A stretch of DNA of 64,000 bases, from positions 11,353 through 75,352 of the forward strand of contig JAQCEJ010000006.1 in the NCBI GenBank assembly GCA_027618475.1, read 5' to 3'. Numbering within the stretch: the stretch's first letter is position 1; each line of letters begins with the position of its first letter. The notes below the pieces were generated by a model. It was given only the letters and a program-made list of their open reading frames with translations. It searched no databases and had not been told where the DNA came from. This document shows positions 53,899 to 63,826 of this stretch, in pieces. The DNA comes from Planctomycetota bacterium (GTDB lineage Bacteria; Planctomycetota; Planctomycetia; Planctomycetales; Planctomycetaceae). The position numbers were made by a program, and so were the translations under genes.

Positions 53899-54669
53899 TC
53901 ACCCACATGCGTTCCGGACGTTTTCTTTCAGGTGTTCGATATTTAATCCGCCGATGACCACGCTTGTGACGGCAGGATGTTCGAGCACAAATCGAATCGC
54001 CTCCCTTGCGGAGAGATGTCCCGAACCGAGTCCCTTTTTTACCACGACTCCGACATTGCGTTCGCGGGCCGCGTGCATGACCTCGACGTGGGATCTGTTC
54101 TGCAGATTGTACTCGACCATAATGGTATCGGCCCACTCGAGGGCTGCTTGTGCACCTTCGACTGTTTTGCCCGACAGGCCGATCGCCCGAATCACGCCGC
54201 GCTGCTTGTAGTCTTGCAAGACCGGAACAACGGCCGTCTCGTTCATGATGTCGATGTCGTCCCCATTCGAGTGAATGTAGACGATGTCAAGCACGTCGGT
54301 CTGCAACCGGCGTAGACTTCGTTCGATGCTTGCCCGAACACCCGCTTCAGAAAAATCAAAGCTCGATTCCCCGTGCTCGAAGTCTTCGCCGACTTTTGTC
54401 GAGACCACAAATTCGCGACGGCGATGACCAATCGATTTACCGATGCGTTCTTCGCTGAATCCGTACGCCGGAGCCGTATCGATGTACGTCATTCCGAGAT
54501 CGAGCACTCCGTTCAGCAAGCGTTCGCATGCTTCATCGTCTGGCAGATCGTAGGGCTGTGGATATTTGATACCCTGATTCCGGCCGAGTTTCATCGAGCC
54601 GTAACCGATCACCGGGAATGTGATGCCGGTGTTGCCGCAGGGTCGGTGAGGCAAATGGGGAGGAGTCAT
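53899..54669 (-). CDS. Aldo/keto reductase
   Basis: GYGSMKLG, IDTAPAYG, STKVG, the C-terminal VIGGLN and other AKR-type motifs. I chose the start at 54669, 8 nt after the upstream stop. The longest ORF reaches 54753. Confidence 0.85.
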   Translation of the reverse strand: MTPPHLPHRPCGNTGITFPVIGYGSMKLGRNQGIKYPQPYDLPDDEACERLLNGVLDLGMTYIDTAPAYGFSEERIGKSIGHRRREFVVSTKVGEDFEHGESSFDFSEAGVRASIERSLRRLQTDVLDIVYIHSNGDDIDIMNETAVVPVLQDYKQRGVIRAIGLSGKTVEGAQAALEWADTIMVEYNLQNRSHVEVMHAARERNVGVVVKKGLGSGHLSAREAIRFVLEHPAVTSVVIGGLNIEHLKENVRNACG

Positions 54670-54677
54670 AGGTTCGC

Positions 54678-55925
54678 TCACGCCGCCCTTCGATGGACGT
54701 TCCGCGAATGATCCAGGTCGGCCAGATGGCACCAGGTCACGTCTTCCTCCCACGGATAATTCGCGACGTCCGGTCGCGGCCAGTCGGGAAGATCGGTGTG
54801 GGCGTCCGTGTTTTGGAGCGGTACAGTGTGTGTCGTCGATGTATGCAGCTGACGACGGATTTCCGACGACAGCCGTGGGGCGAGCACAAGTTTCGTCGGC
54901 CAGGCGGTGAGGGTGTTTCCTTCTCTTATGACTTGTACGCCCTCGGGTCGTTTGCCCCCAGCTGTCAATCCTTCGGCACGATCGACACGATACGTCGATC
55001 CTTGTACCTGCGCCAGATCGATTCCTGGCAGGACGGCAGCAATTTCCTCGGCGGCGTGACGCAACAGTTCTCGCGCATCAAGTCCGACACCGTACTCGGC
55101 AATCTGCCCGCCAAGTTGCCAGACGGTTTCGCCGGAGGTTGTGAGTTCACTCGTAATCGTCACGCGTGTACTCGCGCCATCGACGCAATGTCCGTTGAGA
55201 CGCGGCAACGGCCCGCGAAAAATGGCCATATGCAACGGCCGACGTTGCATCCGTTCCGATTCGAGTCCGGCGAGTTGACGCAGTCCGGCATTCCCCGCAC
55301 CGGCTGTGAAAACCACCTCACGCGGACACAATGAGAATCTCTCGCCAGTTACGGGATGCTTCAAATGGATCCCCCTGATATGACCCGTCTCGGTGAGGTC
55401 GAAATCGTAACCGCCACCGGCAACTTGAAATATGCGCGAACGATGCGGTGCCGCGAGGGTGTCGATCAAACTGCGTGGCGAAAGAACCGGTTCGTCGATC
55501 GCGGCGACATGGCCGGGGCAATGTACAAGGGGGGACGGCCTCTGCGAACGAGGGATCGTTCGTGGTGCAACCTTGAGCCCCATTCGCGCGCCCCACATGC
55601 CCAGCTTGCCAGACCACGAATCGGTCCGCCAGAGATAACAGTGTTCGGCCCGCATCTTGGCATCGCGCAAGTCGGGTATCTGTTCTCCGCGAAGAGAGCG
55701 TCTCCAGAGCATCGGGAGTTCGGTGATCGCTTCAGCCGATTTCGACCAGACCCCCTGGAGCGTGTATTTGAACCCGCCGTGGATGATTCCCTGTGACGCG
55801 ACGGTCTGTCCCTGTCCGAGTTTTCCAGACTCGATCAGAACCGCGTTCCGCCCATCGCGTACGAGGTCATTCAGCAACCACAACCCGGCGATCCCGCCGC
55901 CGAAAATGACAACATCGACGTTCAT
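54678..55925 (-). CDS. FAD-dependent oxidoreductase (DAO/glycerol-3-phosphate oxidase-like)
   Basis: The N-terminal dinucleotide fold VDVVIFGGGIAGLW..ESGKLGQGQT is typical of the DAO family. Confidence 0.8.
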   Translation of the reverse strand: MNVDVVIFGGGIAGLWLLNDLVRDGRNAVLIESGKLGQGQTVASQGIIHGGFKYTLQGVWSKSAEAITELPMLWRRSLRGEQIPDLRDAKMRAEHCYLWRTDSWSGKLGMWGARMGLKVAPRTIPRSQRPSPLVHCPGHVAAIDEPVLSPRSLIDTLAAPHRSRIFQVAGGGYDFDLTETGHIRGIHLKHPVTGERFSLCPREVVFTAGAGNAGLRQLAGLESERMQRRPLHMAIFRGPLPRLNGHCVDGASTRVTITSELTTSGETVWQLGGQIAEYGVGLDARELLRHAAEEIAAVLPGIDLAQVQGSTYRVDRAEGLTAGGKRPEGVQVIREGNTLTAWPTKLVLAPRLSSEIRRQLHTSTTHTVPLQNTDAHTDLPDWPRPDVANYPWEEDVTWCHLADLDHSRNVHRRAA

Positions 55926-56157
55926 GCGCGAGTTGTAACCTTTTACAGGGATTGAGGAAAGAGGAGATGACAGACGGACAGTGAAGCCGATCGATTGAAG
56001 AGAAAGGGGAATGGCGAGGGGTTTTCAACGGGGTGCTCTTAAAGCCACTTTGTCTGAAAGTCTCTTTCAATTCGCACCACCGAACTCGACTTTGCGCAGT
56101 TTCCGGTGTGGGATATACTTCGCGACTTAAAGACAACTCACACGGGGAAGGAATCCC

Positions 56158-56976
56158 ATGCGTACGATCGCGGTAATGAATCAAAAAGGGGGCGTCGGCA
56201 AGACGACGTCGAGCGTGAACCTCGCCGCCGGGCTCGCCAGGCAGGGACGCAAGGTGTGCCTGATCGATCTCGATCCTCAGGGGCACGCTTCGCTACATTT
56301 TGGCATTGAGCCCGTCGGAAAGACTCCCACGGTGTACGATGTCTTTTCGGGACACAAAACCCTCGCCGATGTCCGTCAACTGGTCAACGACAACTTGTGG
56401 GTGATTCCCTCCAATCTCGATCTCGCCGCCACCGAACTCGAACTCGTCGACTCGGCTCACCGCGAAATCGTTCTTCGCGATGCCCTCAACCGCATGTTGC
56501 ACGCGCAACCGGTCGATTATGTCGTCATGGATTGTCCGCCGTCGCTGGGCGTGTTGACGGTCAATGCTCTGACGGCGGTTCGTGAAGTCTTCATTCCCTT
56601 GCAACCGCACTTCTTCGCGCTACAAGGGCTCTCGAAACTTTTGGAAACGACGGCGCTTGTCACCCGTCGGCTCAATCGGCAACTTCGCGTGACGGGGATC
56701 ATTCTCTGCCTGTACGAAACCGGCACCCGGTTGGCAGCCGACGTCACCGATGACTTGCGGGCCTTTCTCGATAAGAGTCCGACGGAAGTTCCCTGGTATG
56801 GAGCCCAGGTCTTCGAGCAGCGCATTCGCCGGAACATCAAACTCGCCGAGGCACCGAGTTTCGGACAGTCGATTTTCGAGTACGATGCGAAATCGTCCGG
56901 TGCGCAGGATTATGGTGCGCTCGTAAAGGAAGTCCTTGCTGCCGAAGAGCGATACAGTCTGCCGCTGGCGGGATGA
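56158..56976 (+). CDS. parA: ParA/Soj-family ATPase
   Basis: Deviant Walker [17 protein letters not shown] and MDCPPSLG. No parB-like gene is adjacent. Confidence 0.9.
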   Translation: MRTIAVMNQKGGVGKTTSSVNLAAGLARQGRKVCLIDLDPQGHASLHFGIEPVGKTPTVYDVFSGHKTLADVRQLVNDNLWVIPSNLDLAATELELVDSAHREIVLRDALNRMLHAQPVDYVVMDCPPSLGVLTVNALTAVREVFIPLQPHFFALQGLSKLLETTALVTRRLNRQLRVTGIILCLYETGTRLAADVTDDLRAFLDKSPTEVPWYGAQVFEQRIRRNIKLAEAPSFGQSIFEYDAKSSGAQDYGALVKEVLAAEERYSLPLAG

Positions 56977-56979
56977 GCC

Positions 56980-57014
56980 GAGGGTCGAAGCCTTCGCGCC
57001 GACCCTTTAATTTC
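56980..57014 (+). terminator. Terminator-like hairpin after parA
   Basis: agggtcg (56980-56986) pairs with cgaccct (56999-57005), followed by ttaatttct. Confidence 0.45.
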
Positions 57015-57085
57015 TGGTCTCTCCGGTGTATGAATGAGGCATGACCGCGAACTAAAATCCCTCAGATTTTTCGCAGGAGCCTCTC

Positions 57086-58384
57086 ATGACGCGATACCTT
57101 TCTTTGTTTTTCATTCCGGCGCTCGTTGTGTTGTCCTCGCTGGTTCGTGCCGATGACGCTCCTTTTCCGCCGGTTTCGGAATTGCCCGTCCACACCGAAC
57201 TCCCCGACCCGCTCCGCATGATGAACGGCGAAGAGATCACCACCGCCGACGAGTGGTTCGAAAAACGCCGACCGGAACTCAAAGACCTGTTTCAGCATTA
57301 CATGTACGGATACCTGCCGGCGTCTCCCGAGAAAATCAGGTTCGTCGTTGAACGAGAAAATAAGTTGATATTCGACGGCAAGGCCGAACTAAGACAAGTC
57401 GCCATTCATTACGGACCAGACGATTGTCCGCCGATTCATTTGATGATCGTCGTTCCTACGAAACGGTCAGGACCGGTGCCGGTGTTTCTCGGCGTTAACT
57501 TCTGTGGCAATCATTCGGCGCTGGACGACACGTCCGTTCTACTTCCTACGGCGTGGCTGTATCCTCATTGTCCCGGCTGTGAGAATAACAAGGCAACCGA
57601 TGCCGTCCGGGGGGGCGAAAAAGAAAAATGGGATATCGAGCAAAGTATCCGCGAAGGTTACGCCGTCGCCACGTTCTACAGCGGCGATGTCGATCCCGAT
57701 AAAGCTGATTTCACTGACGGCGTGCATCCGTACTTCTTAAAGCCGGGACAAACCGAACTCGACAAGCACGACTGGGGAACCATAGCTGCGTGGGCTTACG
57801 GGCTACATCGTGCTGTCGATTATCTTCACCAGGAGAAAGATATCGACATCGATCGCATCGCCGTGATGGGGCATTCTCGGCTCGGTAAGACGGCATTGCT
57901 TGCCGGGGCATTCGACGAGAGGATCGATCTCGTCATTCCTCATCAGGCGGGTTGCGGCGGAACAGCGCCGAGCCGGCATGACATCGGTGAATCGGTACAA
58001 CGGATCAACACCGTCTTCCCGCACTGGTTTAACGATACGTTTCCCGAGTTCAACGAACTGGTCGAACGTTTGCCGTTCGATCAGCATTGTCTCGCGGCGA
58101 TGGTCGCGCCCCGTCCGCTGTTATTTACGAATGCGGTGGAAGATTCATGGGCCGACCCCGAAGGTCAGTTCAGCGTGCTCAAGGCGGCGACGCCGGTGTA
58201 TGAGTTACTGGGCGTCGAGGGACTGGCTGCCGACGAGTACCCCTCTCCCGGTCAGTTGATCGACAGCCGAGTCGGATATTTCATCCGTGAGGGAACACAT
58301 TCGACAACGCCTGAGGATTGGAAAATCTTTCGCGCGTTCGCCGACAAGCATTTCGGGCGGACCCATAATAACTCACGACCGTAA
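57086..58384 (+). CDS. Secreted alpha/beta hydrolase, CE15 glucuronoyl-esterase-like
   Basis: Signal peptide. The nucleophile context MGHSRLGKTAL resembles the CE15 G-x-S-R-x-G-K motif. It also has HQAGCGG and the C-terminal REGTHSTTPEDW. Confidence 0.65.
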   Translation: MTRYLSLFFIPALVVLSSLVRADDAPFPPVSELPVHTELPDPLRMMNGEEITTADEWFEKRRPELKDLFQHYMYGYLPASPEKIRFVVERENKLIFDGKAELRQVAIHYGPDDCPPIHLMIVVPTKRSGPVPVFLGVNFCGNHSALDDTSVLLPTAWLYPHCPGCENNKATDAVRGGEKEKWDIEQSIREGYAVATFYSGDVDPDKADFTDGVHPYFLKPGQTELDKHDWGTIAAWAYGLHRAVDYLHQEKDIDIDRIAVMGHSRLGKTALLAGAFDERIDLVIPHQAGCGGTAPSRHDIGESVQRINTVFPHWFNDTFPEFNELVERLPFDQHCLAAMVAPRPLLFTNAVEDSWADPEGQFSVLKAATPVYELLGVEGLAADEYPSPGQLIDSRVGYFIREGTHSTTPEDWKIFRAFADKHFGRTHNNSRP

Positions 58385-58400
58385 CACTTCGAGAGTGGCT

Positions 58401-59780
58401 TCATGCCTCTAACTCGACAATTCGCTCGGTATCATCCAGCAAATGCAACGGTCGGCCGCTGGGGTGCTGGTACGTCGAGAGGTCGGGATCGATCCCCAGA
58501 AAATGGTAGAGCGTCGAGAATACATTCTGAGGATTGTATCCCTTGTTGATCGGCCGTTCGCCGTTCTTGTCGGTCTGGCCGATCACTTGTCCCGTGCGGA
58601 AACCTCCTCCGGCAAACCAGGCAAACCCCGCCCGTGGCCAGTGATCGCGACCGGCGGCAAAATTAATGCGGGGCGTGCGGCCGAATTCACCCCAGACCAA
58701 GACGGCGATTTCGTTTTGTAAGCCGCGCTGATGAATATCGGTAACCAGCGCATGAATCGATCGATCGTATGCGGGAAGTTTTTCACGCAATCGCTCGAAG
58801 ACGTTTCCGACCGGAGAGGCGGAGTTCACTTTGCCGTGATCGTCCCAGCCTCCTTCGGCGAGCGTGATGATCGGCACACCAGCCTCGGCCAGTCGCCGCG
58901 CTAACAAGAATCGCGAACTGTGCCAGGTGTGTCCGTTCTGATACGGCCACTTGAATTTTACTTCGCGACCGTACATTTCGCGGGTTGCCGGGTCTTCCTG
59001 CTCGACATCGAATGCAGCCCGCACTTCGGGCGAGGTCATCATCTCGACCGCCTTCGCCGTGAAATGGTCGACGCCATCCATCTGGCCCGAGTTGTCGAGG
59101 TCGCTTCGCAGTCGATCGAACGTTGTCCGCAGCAATTGCCGATCGCTGAGGCGGTCAAATGTCATGCCGTCTTTGAGTTCGAGGTTGCCGAGATCTTCAC
59201 GCTTGGGTTCGAAGGGGGAGTGAGCCGGGCCGAGGTAAAGGGGAACCTCGGACGCGGCGATATTGTTGAATTCGCTCCGGCCGATCGCGATATAATTCGG
59301 CAGAAACGTGTGTGATGTATCGAGGACTTTACTGACGATCGACCCGAATGCCGGACGGACCGGAGGCGAGAGAAACGGGGCCTGCGGCGCACCCGGAAAA
59401 CCGGTGTAGACCTCGTGCATCTGATGATCGCCCTGAATGAACGTCATGTTCCGCACGACCGCGAACTTATCGGCGATCGTCGCCTGAAGCGGCATCAGTT
59501 CGCAGAGTTCCATACCAGGAACATTGGTTGCGATCGGAGAGAACTCGCCTCGATAATCCGACGAAGCCTGTGGCTTCATGTCGTACATATCAAGATGACT
59601 CGGCCCGCCGGGAAGACAGATGATGATGACCGACTTAGGCCGCGCTCTCGCCGCGTGGCTTTGCAATCGCAGCAAATCAGCGATTGCCGGTATCCCCAGG
59701 CTTACCCCTCCGGCTTTGAGGAAGTCACGCCGACAGGTGCTCTGCGAATCATTTTGGCGAGGTTCTGAAAGATGCACCAC
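58401..59780 (-). CDS. DUF1501-domain protein (second copy; sulfatase-fold, Tat signal)
   Basis: CRRDFLKAGGVSLG Tat-like N-terminus and DUF1501-type text (GGWDDHG, EFGRTPR). Confidence 0.9.
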   Translation of the reverse strand: MVHLSEPRQNDSQSTCRRDFLKAGGVSLGIPAIADLLRLQSHAARARPKSVIIICLPGGPSHLDMYDMKPQASSDYRGEFSPIATNVPGMELCELMPLQATIADKFAVVRNMTFIQGDHQMHEVYTGFPGAPQAPFLSPPVRPAFGSIVSKVLDTSHTFLPNYIAIGRSEFNNIAASEVPLYLGPAHSPFEPKREDLGNLELKDGMTFDRLSDRQLLRTTFDRLRSDLDNSGQMDGVDHFTAKAVEMMTSPEVRAAFDVEQEDPATREMYGREVKFKWPYQNGHTWHSSRFLLARRLAEAGVPIITLAEGGWDDHGKVNSASPVGNVFERLREKLPAYDRSIHALVTDIHQRGLQNEIAVLVWGEFGRTPRINFAAGRDHWPRAGFAWFAGGGFRTGQVIGQTDKNGERPINKGYNPQNVFSTLYHFLGIDPDLSTYQHPSGRPLHLLDDTERIVELEA

Positions 59781-60488
59781 GGTTCTCCCGAGATTAATCA
59801 GGCCATAGACATATTATCGGCACGAACCCATAAGTGATTGAGCATGTATAATAACACAGCCTCCAGCGATTGTCCAACGGAGATTGCACATGTCGCCGTG
59901 CGGGGCGAATCGCATCTCCGTAATGGGGACGTTGCCAACTCATCCCATTGTGTTATAATTCTTCTTGAAAGTGACGAGGCGGAGGGTGTTACGATTCAAC
60001 GGAATCGAGACATCAATTTCCGGCCTGGTTTTGCTGAAATCTGTGAGACAGACGACGAACCGGTCGATGAAGGGCCGATGAGTGTTCTCGCCTGACTTGT
60101 CTCGTAATTCGATGGCACGATACTGCAACTTCGCAGGGTTTGCGTGTCGATCTTCGCGCCGTTTTACTCGGCTCTCTGGCAGGTGGGTTTGCTACGAAGT
60201 GTCGTGAGATATCTCAACCGCCAATTGAGTCGGAAAGCACGTTCTATGCGTTTGTCGCCCTGCGCGTGCGATGTGGTCTCGCGATGATCATGTTTATTTC
60301 TGATTTGGTGACATCACCCTTATGACGACGATCCTCGGATCATCATTCGGTGGGAAGGTTGTCAATAGGGCCATGTAACCAGTTCTCTGACAGTGGCCTC
60401 ACCTTTCGGTAAGGCTCTGCAATCTGATGCGTCGAAGCCGCAGGCATCAGTTCGTACCGATTCGTCCGCGGCGTAATGTGGAGACGTG

Positions 60489-60638
60489 ATGAAATTACTG
60501 CTGATTTTGTTTTTCGCACTCATTGCATGCACTGTGGGAGTGATGTACACCGAAGGAACCGTACTGTATGTCTTTCAATTCGCTTTCTTCGGGATTCTGG
60601 GGATTAGCGTCATCAGCGTGGCTTCAGGACTTGTGTGA
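60489..60638 (+). CDS. Possible 49-aa two-TM small membrane protein
   Basis: The hand-read ORF translates to MKLLLILFFALIACTVGVMYTEGTVLYVFQFAFFGILGISVISVASGLV. It lies in an otherwise ORF-poor, lower-GC stretch, and no homology support is available. Confidence 0.3.
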   Translation: MKLLLILFFALIACTVGVMYTEGTVLYVFQFAFFGILGISVISVASGLV

Positions 60639-60723
60639 CACAAAATCTCTCGCGAAATCTTTGACAGACTGCCTTTTCTCACTCCGAATACAACGATGAA
60701 TTCTTCTTGGTGAGAGAGTCGAC

Positions 60724-62094
60724 CTACTTCTTTGGAACCGCCTCCATCACCGTCGCCGGGTCGCAGACGATGCCGCCGCGGATGACGAGCTCAATTTTTC
60801 GTGTGTTCGCAATCTCTTTTGTCGGGTCGGCGGTGAGGAGCACCACATCGGCGAGTTTGCCCGCTTCGAGGCTGCCGAGGTTTTTTTCTTCGCCGAGAAT
60901 CGTGGCGTTGTTCGCGGTCGCGGCTTGTAATGCATCAGCGGGGGAGATGCCTCCGTCGACCAGCATTTCGAGTTCCTGGTGCATCGAAAAACCGGGAGGG
61001 ACAAACGGTTCGGGGGCGTCGGTCCCCACGAGAATCGTTACGCCGAGCCGATGCAGCAATCCCGCAAGTTCCTGATACTTGGCGATCAGCTTCCGTCGCG
61101 ACATTTGCGTGTCGGGCGTTTTCGCGAGGCTGTTTGTCGAATAGTCGGTCCAGTAATTTCGCATCCGCTCGGGGCAAAGGGCCACGTCGGGATGATCGTA
61201 ATACTCCGGCATGTCATTCAGATAAATCATGTTGCGGAACACGACCAGCGTCGGGTCGATGGCGACCTTTTTATTCGCAAGCAGGTTAATCAATGCCGTA
61301 CATTTCGGGTTTTGCAGATCGAGATCCTCGCGCGGCGTGGCATCACCCGCCGGTATCGCAAAGTAGAAGACCGATTCGATGTGTTCGAGGGAGTCGATGC
61401 CATCTTCCGCCGCGTCTTGCGCCGAATACGCACTCAAATGAGCGGTGACTTTAAGTCCCTGTTTGTGACCGGCTTCGATGACCGCTTTGCCGACAGCGCG
61501 GCCGGTACCGGCGTAAATTTTAAGCGTACGGACTTTCCATTTCACCATGTCAGCGACGAACGCCGGGGCCGCGGCGGGGTCGGTGAGCACATACGCTACG
61601 TCGCCATGAATCGGCGGATCGCGGTCGATCAGCGGGCTCGCCATGAAGACACGCGGGCAAGTCTGCGGATTCGCCTCGGCGTAATGAGCAACGCCCGCCT
61701 GTGCAATGACCGGGTCGCCGGTGCTGCGAACGCTCGTCACCCCGGCGGCGAGAAACATCGGCAGAAATTCGTCGCCGGTAACGTGCATGAACTTTGCGAG
61801 ATGCACGACATGCACGTGAGCGTCGATCAAACCGGGAATCGCAAATTTGCCATCGCCATCGATGATACGCGCCGTATCGGGGATCGATATCGGCGCCTCG
61901 GGCGTCCCGATGGCGGCGATTCGTTCCCCTTCGATGACAATCGTACGCCCATCGAGCATTTTGGCTGATGCCGAGTCGAACAATGTGACGTTGGTGATGG
62001 CAAGAGGCGCATCATCGGCTAACGAAGGTGCTGCACAAGAAGCGAAGATCAGAAAAAACAAAATCCTGTGCACATCGCGTCCGTTCTGACTCAT
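60724..62094 (-). CDS. Secreted amidohydrolase-family metallohydrolase
   Basis: Signal peptide, the metal-binding GLIDAHVHV near the N-terminus, and amidohydrolase_1-like text further on (VTAH, GTDAP). Confidence 0.85.
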   Translation of the reverse strand: MSQNGRDVHRILFFLIFASCAAPSLADDAPLAITNVTLFDSASAKMLDGRTIVIEGERIAAIGTPEAPISIPDTARIIDGDGKFAIPGLIDAHVHVVHLAKFMHVTGDEFLPMFLAAGVTSVRSTGDPVIAQAGVAHYAEANPQTCPRVFMASPLIDRDPPIHGDVAYVLTDPAAAPAFVADMVKWKVRTLKIYAGTGRAVGKAVIEAGHKQGLKVTAHLSAYSAQDAAEDGIDSLEHIESVFYFAIPAGDATPREDLDLQNPKCTALINLLANKKVAIDPTLVVFRNMIYLNDMPEYYDHPDVALCPERMRNYWTDYSTNSLAKTPDTQMSRRKLIAKYQELAGLLHRLGVTILVGTDAPEPFVPPGFSMHQELEMLVDGGISPADALQAATANNATILGEEKNLGSLEAGKLADVVLLTADPTKEIANTRKIELVIRGGIVCDPATVMEAVPKK

Positions 62095-62163
62095 CCTTCG
62101 TCCTTCGATTTCACTTGTTCTTAGCGCTTCGCATTGCGTCGCGGCTAACCGTGAATGCGCTTC

Positions 62164-63459
62164 TCACCCGTCGACTCGTTCGGAATATTTGCGAACGACG
62201 TCTTCGAGAACTTCGATTCCCAACCCCGGACCGGTCGGAACGGTGACAAAACCTTCGTCGACTGTAAACGGGTCTGCGACGATCTCTGTCCGCCATGGGT
62301 TTTCCGACTGATCGAATTCGAGCATCGGCGTGTCGGTCGGATAACCGATATGCGGGTCGGCGATCATCGAGACGGCATGGGCGGTCGCGGCGATCAACAC
62401 AGCAGCACCCCAGCAGTGAGGGATGCAGCGAATGCCCGATAACGCCGCCATCTCCGCGATAAACAGCACTTCGCCGATGCCGCCACACAGGCTGATGTCA
62501 GGCTGAATGATGTTCACGCAACGACGGTCGATCATCCGTTTCGCGGCATGTCGACTTTGAAGCGCCTCTCCCCCGGCGATCGCGATTGTCGACTTCGCCG
62601 TCAGTTCTTCGTAGTCGACATAGTCGGGCGATTGCGGCATCGGTTCTTCGTAAAAGTAAAAATCGAGTTCGCCCAGGGCATCGCCGAGTTTCAGCGAGTC
62701 GTGTAATGTGTATGCGGCGTTGACGTCGGTCATCAGGCGGATGTCGGGGCCGACCGTGTCGCGGACGATCGCGGCGATCTTGGCATCGCGATCGGGGCCG
62801 TTGCGTCCCAGACGCATCTTGAGATTGCGGAAACCGAATTCGATTCTCTCTTGCGCATCTTCGGGATAGAACTCTTCGGGAACGGCCCCTTCGACGTAGT
62901 TCATCGCCGAGGCGTACGCGGGAACTTTGTCGCGATAGCGTCCGCCGTAGAGGTCGGTGATCGAAACGCCAAGCACTTTGCCGCGGATATCGGCAAGAGC
63001 GACATCGATGGCGCCGATCGCACACGGTTCTTCGAAGTTGGCTCCCCACAGGTCGCGCCACAAGTTGCGGTGCATCATCGGATTTTTACCGATGAGTGCC
63101 GGGCCAAGAGAGTCGACGAGCGCGCCGCGGGCTCCGCCGATGGGGGCTGTTTCTCCCCAACCCGAGATGCCGGCGTCGGTCGAGATTTTCACGAGCAGCG
63201 TGACCCGGTGCGTTTCGAGCGGGACCGAGACCGAGGCACCGTGAGCGCGGCTGAGTTTCGTTTTGAGCGAGAAGACTTCAACCTTTGTGATTTTCAGGTC
63301 GAGCTTGCGGGCGACGTCGGCGTCGAGGTCTTTCGCTTTTTCCTGAGCTTCGGCCCCCAACGATGCCTGCATTCCCCACCAGGCGGTGGCGCCGAGCGCG
63401 AGTTGTTCACCGAACCGACGGCGATTCAAGGCGGGAGCAGTTTTTTCGATTGGCTTCAT
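62164..63459 (-). CDS. Enolase-superfamily enzyme (mandelate racemase/muconate lactonizing family) with a Tat-like leader
   Basis: MR/MLE-type text (KMRLG, TDVNAAYT, FYEEP, IQPDISLCGGI, IPHCWG). It is preceded by LNRRRFGEQLALGATAWWGMQASLGA. Confidence 0.85.
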   Translation of the reverse strand: MKPIEKTAPALNRRRFGEQLALGATAWWGMQASLGAEAQEKAKDLDADVARKLDLKITKVEVFSLKTKLSRAHGASVSVPLETHRVTLLVKISTDAGISGWGETAPIGGARGALVDSLGPALIGKNPMMHRNLWRDLWGANFEEPCAIGAIDVALADIRGKVLGVSITDLYGGRYRDKVPAYASAMNYVEGAVPEEFYPEDAQERIEFGFRNLKMRLGRNGPDRDAKIAAIVRDTVGPDIRLMTDVNAAYTLHDSLKLGDALGELDFYFYEEPMPQSPDYVDYEELTAKSTIAIAGGEALQSRHAAKRMIDRRCVNIIQPDISLCGGIGEVLFIAEMAALSGIRCIPHCWGAAVLIAATAHAVSMIADPHIGYPTDTPMLEFDQSENPWRTEIVADPFTVDEGFVTVPTGPGLGIEVLEDVVRKYSERVDG

Positions 63460-63826
63460 GGGTGATTCCTCTGGAGGGGGATAAAACGGCGAAATCCTTC
63501 GCTAATCGGATCGTAATGGCATGGTACATCGTAACGGACAGCGTATCATGACATAGAACAGGGATGTGATGCAACGAAGCGGAAGAGGGATTTCCCGACG
63601 GATCACACCGACCGGACGTTGGTTTGAGGCGAGCGTGTTGCGTTTCCCTGGTGAATCCCATCCCCTTGATTGAATGTGTTCCGCGTCAGGGATACACTCG
63701 GGGACTGGGCCGTGCGATGCAGGGTCTGGATGAACACTTCCGTGTGGTCAGGGCGTGCCACCGGGACGGGGCTCTACCCACCTTCGCCCGACGGAATTGA
63801 GATCAACCCCACAGGGAGCATGCGAC

